Shown in pieces: positions 19,408 through 28,016 of a stretch of DNA of 64,000 nucleotides; the first letter of the stretch is position 1, and each line of letters starts with the position of its first letter. The stretch is from Clostridiales bacterium (GTDB taxonomy: Bacteria; Bacillota; Clostridia; Oscillospirales; Oscillospiraceae). The position numbers and the translations under genes were made by a program. The stretch covers positions 5,167-69,166 of the forward strand of contig DYBL01000010.1 of the NCBI GenBank assembly GCA_019418625.1. Direction: 5' to 3'. The notes beneath the pieces were generated by a model. It was not told the DNA's origin and did no database searches. It worked only from the letters and a program-made list of their open reading frames with translations.

Positions 19408-20460
19408 ATGGTACGTATGGACAACGACATGCCCTTTTTGCTGCAGTACGAAAATGTGGCATGGTACGATAACGGCAAGGTCCGCATTCTGGACCGCCGG
19501 GTCTATCCCACGGAGGTCCGCTTTGTGGACTGCTTCACCTATCAGGAGGTGGTCAAGGCCATCGCCGACATGGTGACCCAGAGCGCCGGCCCCTACACCG
19601 CCGTGGGCATGGGCATGGCCCTGGCTGCCTGGCAGGTGCGCGGCAAGAGCGAGAGCGAGCAGAACGCCTTCTTGCAGCAGGCGGCCTACGATCTGGCCCA
19701 CGCCCGCCCCACCACCGCCAACCGCTACGGCCAGATCACCTATCGCTGCGCCGAGCTTGCCGCCAAGGCCCTGGCCGAGGGCAAGGACCCCATTGAGGCC
19801 ATTGTGGAGAGCACGGTGGAGTCCCTCAACCGCCGATACAGCACCATGCAGATCGTGGGCGACCAGCTGGCGGCCCTGATCCCCCAGGGCGGCACCATCC
19901 TGACCCAGTGCTTCGGCGAGACCATCATCGGCACCGTCATGCGGGCGGCCCGCAAGCAGAACAAGGATTTCAAGGTGTTCTGCGCCGAGACCCGGCCCTA
20001 TCTCCAGGGCGCCCGCCTCACCTCCAGCTGCTTTGCCCAGATGGGCTTTGACACCACCGTCATCACCGACAACATGGTGGCCTATTCCATGGAGCGCGAG
20101 CACATCGACGTGTTCACCTCCGCTGCCGACTCCATCGCCCGGGACGGCCACATCGCCAACAAGATCGGTACCTTCCAGATCGCCATTCTGGCCAAGTACT
20201 TCGGCATCCCCTACTATGTCACCGGCGTGCCCGACAAGGACAAGCACACCAAGGACGACATCGTCATCGAGATGCGGGACCCCAGCCAGGTGCTCAGCTA
20301 CCGGGATATCCCCAACACCGTGGAAGGCGTCAAGGCCATCTATCCCTCCTTTGACGTGGTGCCGCCCCACCTGATCTCCGGCGTGGTCACCGACAAGGGT
20401 GTGTACGTGCCCTATACGCTGGATCATTACTTTGATTCCGACGTGAAGGTGTTTTACTGA
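19408..20460 (+). CDS. mtnA: Methylthioribose-1-phosphate isomerase family (eIF2B-like), divergent
   Basis: ILDRR, ARPT, ETRPYLQGARLT, ANKIGT, FDVVP motifs; follows mtnK. Confidence 0.85.
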   Translation: MVRMDNDMPFLLQYENVAWYDNGKVRILDRRVYPTEVRFVDCFTYQEVVKAIADMVTQSAGPYTAVGMGMALAAWQVRGKSESEQNAFLQQAAYDLAHARPTTANRYGQITYRCAELAAKALAEGKDPIEAIVESTVESLNRRYSTMQIVGDQLAALIPQGGTILTQCFGETIIGTVMRAARKQNKDFKVFCAETRPYLQGARLTSSCFAQMGFDTTVITDNMVAYSMEREHIDVFTSAADSIARDGHIANKIGTFQIAILAKYFGIPYYVTGVPDKDKHTKDDIVIEMRDPSQVLSYRDIPNTVEGVKAIYPSFDVVPPHLISGVVTDKGVYVPYTLDHYFDSDVKVFY

Positions 20461-20529
20461 GCACCAGAGCGGATGCCTGGGCGGCAGTTTCCGCCCCCAT
20501 GACAATCAGATTATCAGGAGGAACCCGCT

Positions 20530-21195
20530 ATGTTGATGCAGGAAGAAAGAGAACTCGTCGTTGAATACGGCAAGAAAATGAGCGCGGACCGGCTGAGCAC
20601 CGGCACCAGCGGCAACATCAGCATCTATAACGCCGAAAAGGGCCTCATGGCCATCAGCCCCTCCGGCATGGACTACTTTTCCACCACCCCCGCCGACATC
20701 GTCATCACCGACCTGAACGCCAACATCGTCGACGGCAATAGAAAGCCCTCCAGCGAGTGGGCGCTGCACACGATCTTCTATCAGCACAAGCCCCACGCCC
20801 GCGCTGTGGTGCACACCCATTCCATGTTCTGCACCACCTTCGCCGTGCTGGGCCAGCCCATCCGTGCCGTCCACTATGTGATCGGCGACGCAGGCGCGGC
20901 CACCGTGCCCTGCGCACCTTACTGCACCTTCGGAACAGAGGAACTGGCGGAAGCTGCCATGAAGGTGTGCGGCGAGAGCAACGCCGTGCTGCTGGGCAAC
21001 CACGGTCTGGTGGCGTGCGGCAAGGACATCAAGAGCGCCTACGGTCTGGCCCGCAACATGGAGTATATCGCGGAGCTGCAGTACCGTGCCATGTGCATCG
21101 GTCAGCCCAACATCCTCACCGATGAGCAGATGGCCGAGGTCATGGAGAAGTTCAAGTCCTATGGTCAGCCCGGCGCTAAGAAGTCCGGCTATTGA
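20530..21195 (+). CDS. Class II aldolase (FucA-like; Ald2/DrdA role inferred)
   Basis: GTSGNIS, KPSSEWALH, VVHTHS and LLGNHG metal-binding motifs. Confidence 0.88.
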   Translation: MLMQEERELVVEYGKKMSADRLSTGTSGNISIYNAEKGLMAISPSGMDYFSTTPADIVITDLNANIVDGNRKPSSEWALHTIFYQHKPHARAVVHTHSMFCTTFAVLGQPIRAVHYVIGDAGAATVPCAPYCTFGTEELAEAAMKVCGESNAVLLGNHGLVACGKDIKSAYGLARNMEYIAELQYRAMCIGQPNILTDEQMAEVMEKFKSYGQPGAKKSGY

Positions 21196-21290
21196 TCCGG
21201 CTGCGCACCGGAAAATTTATGAGATCACCGCAGACAATGCGGGATGAAAGTACCATCCACAGCATTCCCAGGAAAGAAGGAACCCAATCA

Positions 21291-22487
21291 ATGAACACTG
21301 AAAAGAAGCTTGGCTTTGCCACCCGCCAGATCCACGCGGGCAAGGTGAAAAACGCAGCGGGCGCCCTGTGCGACCCCATCTATCAGACCTCCACCTTTGA
21401 GTTCGACACCGTGGAGCAGGGCGGTGCCCGTTTCGCCGGCCAGGAGGGAGGCTACATCTACTCCCGTCTCGGCAACCCCACCGTGGCTACCCTGGAGGAA
21501 AAGGTTGCCCAGCTGGAGGGCGGCGAGGCCGCACTGGCTACCGCTTCCGGCATGGGCGCCATTACCACCGCGCTCTGGTCCAGCGTGGAAGCAGGCGACG
21601 AGATCGTGGCCGATGAGACCCTGTACGGCTGCACGTTTGCCCTTTTGAGCCACGGGATCACCAAATTCGGCGTGAAGGTCCGTCTGGTGGACATGACCGA
21701 TCTGGCTGCACTGAAGGCTGCCCTGACGGAGAAGACCAAGGTGGTCTATCTGGAGACCCCCTGCAACCCCACGCTGAAGATCGTGGATATTGCCGCCGTG
21801 GCCGCGGCTGCCCACGGCTATAACCCCGCCATCCAGGTCATGGTGGACAACACCTTCTGCACGCCTTACCTGCAGCGTCCTCTGGAGCTGGGCGCCGACG
21901 TGGTGGTCCACAGCGCCACCAAGTACTTGAACGGCCACAGCGACGTGATCGCAGGCATGGTGGTGGGCAAGGCCGACTTCATCACCCAGTGCCGCATGTT
22001 CGGACTCAAGGACATGACCGGCGCGGTCATGAGCCCCTTCAACGCATTTTTGATGGCCCGGGGCATGAAGACCCTGGACATCCGCATGGAGCGCCACTGC
22101 GCCAACGCCCAGAGGGTGGCGGAGTTCCTGGAGAGCCACCCTGCGGTGGAGAAGGTCTATTATCCCGGCCTGAAGAGCTTTGAGGGCTATGAGATCGCCA
22201 AGCGGCAGATGAAGCTGCCCGGCGGCATGATCTCCATCGAGCTCAAGGCCGGCCGGGAGGCCACCGCTGCGGCCCTCAACAAGCTGCAGCTGTGCACCAT
22301 CGCCGTGTCCCTGGGCGGCGCGGAGACCCTGGTGGAGCACGCGGCGTCCATGACCCACTCCACCTATACCGCCGAGGAGCTGAAGGAGGCACATATCTCC
22401 GAGGGACTGGTCCGCATCAGCGTGGGCCTGGAGGACCCCGAGGATATCATCGCCGACTTCAAGGCGGTGCTGGATACGCTGCTGTAA
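21291..22487 (+). CDS. Methionine gamma-lyase (PLP, Cys/Met metabolism family)
   Basis: YIYSRLGNPT, SGMGAI, LYGCT (Cys typical of MGL), DNTF, HSATKYLNGH, AVSLG, ASMTH. Confidence 0.85.
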   Translation: MNTEKKLGFATRQIHAGKVKNAAGALCDPIYQTSTFEFDTVEQGGARFAGQEGGYIYSRLGNPTVATLEEKVAQLEGGEAALATASGMGAITTALWSSVEAGDEIVADETLYGCTFALLSHGITKFGVKVRLVDMTDLAALKAALTEKTKVVYLETPCNPTLKIVDIAAVAAAAHGYNPAIQVMVDNTFCTPYLQRPLELGADVVVHSATKYLNGHSDVIAGMVVGKADFITQCRMFGLKDMTGAVMSPFNAFLMARGMKTLDIRMERHCANAQRVAEFLESHPAVEKVYYPGLKSFEGYEIAKRQMKLPGGMISIELKAGREATAAALNKLQLCTIAVSLGGAETLVEHAASMTHSTYTAEELKEAHISEGLVRISVGLEDPEDIIADFKAVLDTLL

Positions 22488-22498
22488 GTAAGCTGGAG

Positions 22499-22536
22499 AA
22501 ATATTCCGGTGCCTGCGGGCGCCGGAATATTTTTTT
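22499..22536 (+). terminator. Rho-independent terminator
   Basis: AATATTCCGGTGCC...GGCGCCGGAATATTTTTTT. Confidence 0.8.
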
Positions 22537-22562
22537 CAAAACCGCAAAAACCAAACGAGGCG

Positions 22563-22592
22563 TTGACATTCCCGACCGGCCGCTCCTATAAT
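22563..22592 (+). promoter_or_regulatory. Sigma-A promoter
   Basis: TTGACA-18bp-TATAAT upstream of the ThrE pair. Confidence 0.75.
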
Positions 22593-22642
22593 GAAATCCG
22601 AAGCGGTCTGGCCGCGCAAGTTTCAGTGAAGCGAGAGAGCAC

Positions 22643-23416
22643 ATGAAAACAGAGAAAACGGAACAGGTTTTGAATTTTTGCTGTGAAATGGGCCGGCAGC
22701 TGATCCAAAACGGCGCTGAGATCTACCGGGTGGAGGACTCCATCAACCGGCTGCTCACCGCCTACGGCTATCGGGACACCGAGGTGTTCGCCATCCCCTC
22801 CTGCGTCATTTTGAATATCCTGGACGAGGGACACAACTATACCAAGTCCATCCGCATCCGCTCCTCCTTCATCAATCTGGACAAGCTGGAGCGGCTCAAT
22901 AGCCTCTGCCGCCGGGTGTGCCGGGACCGGTCCCAGCCGGAAGAGGCATTTTCCCTGCTGGACACGATCTCCTCCGCCCCCAGCTACCCCCAGCTTGTGA
23001 GCTATCTGGCCCACGGGTTCGTGGCCATTTTCTTCACGCTCTTCTGGGGCGGCACGGCGCTGGACGCCTGCCTGGCCTTTCTCTGCGGTGCGGCAGTGAA
23101 GGCGTCGGTGGGGTATCTGAGCCGGTTTGAGACCAATATTTTCTTTACCTACGTCTGCTCCAGCATGGCGATGGTGCTGCCGCCCCTGATCCTTTCCTAT
23201 CTGGGCGTGCCCATCCACATGGACAAGATGGTCATCGGCGCCATCATGCTGCTGGTGCCGGGCATCGCCATCACCAACGTCATGCGGGACGTGATCGCCG
23301 GGGACTTCCTGACGGCGCTGACCAAGTTTGCCGAGGTGCTCATCATTGCCATGGCCCTGGCGGTAGGCATCGCCATCCCGGTGGGGCTGGCCCGGTTTTT
23401 CTGGGGGGTGATGTGA
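22643..23416 (+). CDS. Threonine/serine exporter family protein (ThrE/YjjP)
   Basis: LIQNGAEIYRVEDSI and LLVPGIAITNVMRD motifs. Confidence 0.9.
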   Translation: MKTEKTEQVLNFCCEMGRQLIQNGAEIYRVEDSINRLLTAYGYRDTEVFAIPSCVILNILDEGHNYTKSIRIRSSFINLDKLERLNSLCRRVCRDRSQPEEAFSLLDTISSAPSYPQLVSYLAHGFVAIFFTLFWGGTALDACLAFLCGAAVKASVGYLSRFETNIFFTYVCSSMAMVLPPLILSYLGVPIHMDKMVIGAIMLLVPGIAITNVMRDVIAGDFLTALTKFAEVLIIAMALAVGIAIPVGLARFFWGVM

Positions 23417-23866
23417 GTGGAGCGCTTTCTTCCCTGCCTGTATGCCTTTTTGGGCTGCATGAGCTTCTGCTTTATCTTCCAGGTGCGAAAGCCGCTTTTC
23501 ATGGTGCTTTGCAGCGCCATCGGGGCCATCTCCTGGTGGGTGTATCTGCTGGCGGAGCCGCTGGGGAGCGAAACGGCCCGGTTTTTCACTGCCACCATCG
23601 TGGTGTCGGTCCTGGCGGAGGTGCTGGCCCGGGTGCTCAAGGCGCCGGCCACGATCTTCCTCATCATCGGCATCATTCCTCTGGTGCCCGGCGGCGGCCT
23701 TTACTACACCATGGACTATCTCATCAACGGGGATTATCCCATGTTCTCCCAGGTGGGACTGCAGACGGCGGCCACCGCTGGGGCCATTGCCGTGGGCGCG
23801 TCGCTGGTGACCTCCATCGTGCGGATGCTGCCCCGGCGGCGCCGCCCGGATGAAAAACAGTGCTGA
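23417..23866 (+). CDS. ThrE_2/YjjB-family exporter small subunit
   Basis: KAPATIFLIIGIIPLVPGGGLY; adjacent to the ThrE gene. Confidence 0.88.
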   Translation: MERFLPCLYAFLGCMSFCFIFQVRKPLFMVLCSAIGAISWWVYLLAEPLGSETARFFTATIVVSVLAEVLARVLKAPATIFLIIGIIPLVPGGGLYYTMDYLINGDYPMFSQVGLQTAATAGAIAVGASLVTSIVRMLPRRRRPDEKQC

Positions 23867-23977
23867 AATGTTAGCGGAGCGGTCTCCCCGGGAGGCCGCT
23901 CCGTTTTCCGTCGGCTTGTACCGGCGGACGGAATATGGTATGATAACGCCGTACTACCAAGAGAAATGGGGTAAACC

Positions 23978-26638
23978 ATGAAGAAACTGGTCGTAGGAAT
24001 CCTGGCCCATGTGGACGCGGGCAAGACCACGCTGTCGGAGGCCATGCTCTACCGCAGCGGCGCGGTGCGCCGCCTGGGGCGGGTGGATCACGCCGACGCG
24101 TTTTTGGATACGGACGCCATGGAGCGGGAGAGGGGCATCACCATCTTTTCCAAGCAGGCGCGCATGAGTCTGCCCGGCGCGGAGGTGACGCTGCTGGATA
24201 CCCCCGGCCATGTGGACTTTTCCGCGGAGATGGAGCGGACGCTCCGTGTGCTGGACTGCGCCGTGCTGGTCATCAGCGGCACGGACGGCGTCCAGGGCCA
24301 CACCCGGACGCTATGGCGGCTTCTGGAGCGGTATCATGTGCCCGTATTCCTGTTTGTCAACAAGATGGATCTGGCCGGAGCGGACCGGGAGCGGGTGCTA
24401 TCGGAGCTGAAAGCGTCGCTGTCTCCGGCCATCACGGACTTTGCCGTGCCGGAGGAGGAACTCTGGGAGGAGGCCGCCGTGTGCGACGAGGGCCTTCTGG
24501 AAAAGTACCTGGCCCAGGGGCGGCTGGAGGAGGGGGACCTCACCGGCCTCATCGCCCGGCGGGCCATCTTCCCCTGCTGGTTCGGCGCGGCTCTCAAGCT
24601 CACCGGCGTGGATGAGTTTTTGGAGGGCCTGGGGCGCTATGCCCCCATGCCGGATTATCCGGCGGAGTTCGGTGCCCGGGTGTTCAAGGTCTCCCGGGAC
24701 GCCCAGGGGGCCCGGCTCACCTGGATGAAGATCACCGGCGGCGCCCTGCGGGTCAAGGAGACAGTGACCAACCGCCGCCCCGGCAGGGCGGAGGAGATCT
24801 GGGAGGAAAAAGCCGACCAGCTGCGCCTTTACTCCGGCGCAAAATTCCAGGGCACCGAGCAGGCGGAGGCGGGCACGGTCTGCGCCGTCACCGGATTGAC
24901 CCATACGCTGCCCGGTCAGGGTTTGGGCTTTGAGGCCGACTGGTCCGGGCCGGTGCTGGAGCCGGTGCTGACCTATCAGGTGTGCCTGCCGGAGGGAGTG
25001 GACCCCCACACGGCCCTTTTGAAGCTCCGGCAGCTGGAAGAGGAGGACCCCCAGCTCCACATCGTCTGGGACGAGCACCTGCGCCAGATCCACGCCCAGC
25101 TCATGGGCCCGGTGCAGATGGAGATCCTGGGCAATCTCATTCAGGAGCGGTTCGGCATGGAGGTCACCTTCGGCGAGGGAGATATCCTGTACCGGGAGAC
25201 CATCGCCGCGCCGGTGGAGGGCATCGGCCACTTCGAGCCTCTGCGCCACTATGCGGAGGTGCATCTGCTGCTGGAGCCCCTGCCCACGGGCAGCGGACTG
25301 GTGCTGGCCACGGCGTGTCCGGAGGACCAGCTGGACCGGAACTGGCAGCGTCTGGTGCTGACGCACCTTTCAGAGCGGGAGCACCCCGGCGTGCTGGTGG
25401 GCGCGCCCATTACGGATATGAAGATCACCCTGGTGGCGGGCCGGGCCCACGTGAAGCACACGGAGGGCGGCGACTTCCGCCAGGCCACCTACCGGGCGGT
25501 GCGCCAGGGGCTCATGCAGGCGGAAAGTATCCTGCTGGAGCCCTGGTACGACTTTACGCTGGAAGTGCCCGCGCCGTTGGTAGGCCGGGCGCTGAGCGAC
25601 GTGCAGCGCATGGGCGGCGAGACGGAGCCGCCCCAGACCATGGGGGAGATGACCATGCTCACCGGCCGGGCGCCGGTCTCCGCCATGCGCAACTATGCCC
25701 GGGAGGTCACCGCCTACACCCGGGGCACCGGACAGCTCCAGTGCGTGTTCCGGGGCTATGCCCCCTGCGCCGACCAGGCGTCGGTGGTGGAGGCTGCCGG
25801 GTACGATCCCGAGCGGGATGTGGACAACCCGCCCGACTCCGTGTTCTGCGAGCACGGGGCAGGCGTTACGGTCAAGTGGCAGGACGTGCCCGCCCGGGCC
25901 CATGTGGAGAGCGGGCTGCGCCTGGGAGAGCCGGAGGAGAAAGAGGAGAGCGCCGGGCCGGACCGGAGCCGGGGCGAGCGGTATGCCGGTACGCTGGCCC
26001 AGGACAAGGAGCTCATGGCCATCTTTGAGCGCACCTACGGCCCGGTGAAGCAGCGTGCGTTCCAGCCGCCCCGTCCGCCCCGGCGGCCGGAGAGCAGCCC
26101 GGAGCCGGACAAGCGGCACATCCGCCCCCAGAAGGGCGGGGAGGAGTATCTGCTGGTGGACGGCTACAACATCATCTTTGCCTGGGACGACCTGAAAGCC
26201 GTGGCCCGGGACAACCTGGACGCCGCCCGCAAGCAGCTGTGCGACCTCCTTTGCAATTACCAGGGCGTGCGCAAGTGCCATGTGATCGTGGTGTTTGACG
26301 CCTACAAGGTCAAGGGCGGCCTGGGGTCCGTGGAAAAGTACCACAACATCCACGTGGTCTACACCAAGGAGGCGGAGACGGCGGACGCCTATATCGAAAA
26401 GGCCACCTATGAGATCGGCCGGGAGCACCGGGTGAAGGTGGCCACCTCCGACGGCCCCGAGCAGCTCATCATTCTGGGCCACGGGGCGCTGCGGCTGTCC
26501 GCCGCCGCATTCCGGGCCGAGATGGAGGAGACCATGGGCCAGATGGCGGCGGCTCTGGAGCGGAACAACCGCCCCCACCGCCGGCGCTCTTTGGGCAAGG
26601 CCATGGAAAAAGCCATGGAGGGGGAGGAACAGCCATGA
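23978..26638 (+). CDS. EF-G/TetM-like translational GTPase fused to a C-terminal NYN (YacP/Rae1-like) RNase domain
   Basis: AHVDAGKTT, ERERGITI, DTPGHVDF, NKMD, ILLEPW; C-terminal LLVDGYNII, VVFDA, ETADAYIE, VATSD. Confidence 0.9.
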   Translation: MKKLVVGILAHVDAGKTTLSEAMLYRSGAVRRLGRVDHADAFLDTDAMERERGITIFSKQARMSLPGAEVTLLDTPGHVDFSAEMERTLRVLDCAVLVISGTDGVQGHTRTLWRLLERYHVPVFLFVNKMDLAGADRERVLSELKASLSPAITDFAVPEEELWEEAAVCDEGLLEKYLAQGRLEEGDLTGLIARRAIFPCWFGAALKLTGVDEFLEGLGRYAPMPDYPAEFGARVFKVSRDAQGARLTWMKITGGALRVKETVTNRRPGRAEEIWEEKADQLRLYSGAKFQGTEQAEAGTVCAVTGLTHTLPGQGLGFEADWSGPVLEPVLTYQVCLPEGVDPHTALLKLRQLEEEDPQLHIVWDEHLRQIHAQLMGPVQMEILGNLIQERFGMEVTFGEGDILYRETIAAPVEGIGHFEPLRHYAEVHLLLEPLPTGSGLVLATACPEDQLDRNWQRLVLTHLSEREHPGVLVGAPITDMKITLVAGRAHVKHTEGGDFRQATYRAVRQGLMQAESILLEPWYDFTLEVPAPLVGRALSDVQRMGGETEPPQTMGEMTMLTGRAPVSAMRNYAREVTAYTRGTGQLQCVFRGYAPCADQASVVEAAGYDPERDVDNPPDSVFCEHGAGVTVKWQDVPARAHVESGLRLGEPEEKEESAGPDRSRGERYAGTLAQDKELMAIFERTYGPVKQRAFQPPRPPRRPESSPEPDKRHIRPQKGGEEYLLVDGYNIIFAWDDLKAVARDNLDAARKQLCDLLCNYQGVRKCHVIVVFDAYKVKGGLGSVEKYHNIHVVYTKEAETADAYIEKATYEIGREHRVKVATSDGPEQLIILGHGALRLSAAAFRAEMEETMGQMAAALERNNRPHRRRSLGKAMEKAMEGEEQP

Positions 26639-27063
26639 TCCTGACACTGATCCTTTCTGCGGCGGTGGCGTTTGCCTGCGCTGCCGTCCGGCATCATCTG
26701 GAACACGCGAAGCAAAAGGAAGTGCACTACCTGGGCGGACGGGTGGTGCGGACGGCCCTTTACAACCGGGGTTCCGCCTTCGGCCTGCTGCCCCTGGGGC
26801 GCTGCGCCCTGGCGGCAGTGTCGGCGGCAGTGATGGCGCTGTCCCTGCCTCTTTGGCGGTGCAGCCGGCTGGGCTGTGCGCTGCTGCTGGGCGGCGGTGC
26901 CAGCAACCTCTGTGAGCGGCTGAGCGGCAGGGGCGTCTTTGACTACATCCAGTTTCCCAAGGCGCCGAGAGGAATGAAAAAATACGTATTCAATCTGGCG
27001 GACTTTGCCATTTTCCTGGGGGCTTTGTGGATCGCACTGCGCTCCGGAGGAAAACACCGCTGA
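26635..27063 (+). CDS. Signal peptidase II (LspA)-family protein
   Basis: YNRGSAFG, GGASNLCER, VFDYI, VFNLAD; ATGA overlap with the GTPase stop. Confidence 0.8.
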   Translation: MILTLILSAAVAFACAAVRHHLEHAKQKEVHYLGGRVVRTALYNRGSAFGLLPLGRCALAAVSAAVMALSLPLWRCSRLGCALLLGGGASNLCERLSGRGVFDYIQFPKAPRGMKKYVFNLADFAIFLGALWIALRSGGKHR

Positions 27064-27112
27064 GACATTGACAAAGCCTGCGGAACGCGCGTACAATAGG
27101 AGTGCGGAAATA

Positions 27113-27138
27113 TGGAATGAAATTCCGCTATAAGGAAT
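27113..27138. promoter_or_regulatory. Operator copy 3, downstream of a TTGACA-18-TACAAT promoter (27068-27097)
   Basis: TGGAATGAAATTCCGCTATAAGGAAT. Confidence 0.65.
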
Positions 27139-27177
27139 TAACGGCGTATACGCCGGAACAAAGATAGGAGAATTGCT

Positions 27178-27969
27178 GTGGATACGATGAAAATGCCTTC
27201 CATGGACGCAGTGGCGCGGTTCAAGGCCGCCATGGACTCCGATCAGGGTGCCCTGGGCCCCTTCATGATCACCTCTGACCCGGCCTATGTGGAGGCCGCC
27301 GGCTATGCCGGTTATGACTTCGTGCTGCTGGATATGGAGCACGGCCCCGGCACCTTTGAAAACCTCCAGAATCTGATCCGCGCCGCCAACGTGGCGGGCG
27401 TGTGCCCGGTGGTGCGCGTGCCCCGGGGCATGGACATCTGGGTGGACCGTGCCCTGGACGTGGGCGCCGGTGCCCTGCTGGTGCCTCAGATCGACACGGC
27501 GGACCAGGCCCGCGCCGTGATCTCCGCCGCCAAGTTCGCCCCTGTGGGCAGCCGCGGCACCAACCGCTTCGTGCGTTCCGCCTGCTACGGCGCCAAGCCC
27601 GGCAGCGAGTACTTTGCCCAGGCCAACGAGACGGTGGTCATCATCCAGGCTGAGGGCAAGAAGGCTGTGGAGAACCTGGACGAGATCCTGGACGTGCCCG
27701 GCCTGGACGTGCTGTTCATCGGGCCCTACGACCTGTCCAGCTCTCTGGGCCACGTGGGCGAGGTGAACCATCCCGAGGTCATCGCCTGCATCCAGGGCAT
27801 CATCGAAAAGGCCAACGCCAAGGGCGTGAAGCTGGGCTGCTTTGCCGACACCGTGGAGGGTGCCAAGAAGTGGCGCGACATGGGCATCAAGTTTGTGGGC
27901 TATACCTGCGACACCTACCTCTTCTATCAGGCAGCCAAGGCGGACGTGGACGCCTTTGCCAAAAAGTAA
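27178..27969 (+). CDS. HpcH/HpaI/GarL-family metal-dependent aldolase
   Basis: GYDFVLLDMEHG, VVRVP, P.GSRG, IIQAE, FIGPYDLSSSLG. Confidence 0.9.
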   Translation: MDTMKMPSMDAVARFKAAMDSDQGALGPFMITSDPAYVEAAGYAGYDFVLLDMEHGPGTFENLQNLIRAANVAGVCPVVRVPRGMDIWVDRALDVGAGALLVPQIDTADQARAVISAAKFAPVGSRGTNRFVRSACYGAKPGSEYFAQANETVVIIQAEGKKAVENLDEILDVPGLDVLFIGPYDLSSSLGHVGEVNHPEVIACIQGIIEKANAKGVKLGCFADTVEGAKKWRDMGIKFVGYTCDTYLFYQAAKADVDAFAKK

Positions 27970-27978
27970 ATCCTGTAC

Positions 27979-28016
27979 AAAAAGAGCGGACACCCTATGG
28001 GGTGTCCGCTCTTTTT
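27979..28016. terminator. Bidirectional terminator
   Basis: AAAAAGAGCGGACACCC-TATG-GGGTGTCCGCTCTTTTT. Confidence 0.85.

Noticed and set aside
21196..21290. Possible riboswitch upstream of methionine gamma-lyase
   Set aside because: Only short hairpins, with no promoter, terminator or recognisable aptamer; more likely an mRNA stability element.
23978..26638. Acquired tetracycline resistance gene (tetM/tetW)
   Set aside because: Host-like codon usage, no mobile-element context, and an extra C-terminal NYN domain not found in ribosomal protection proteins.
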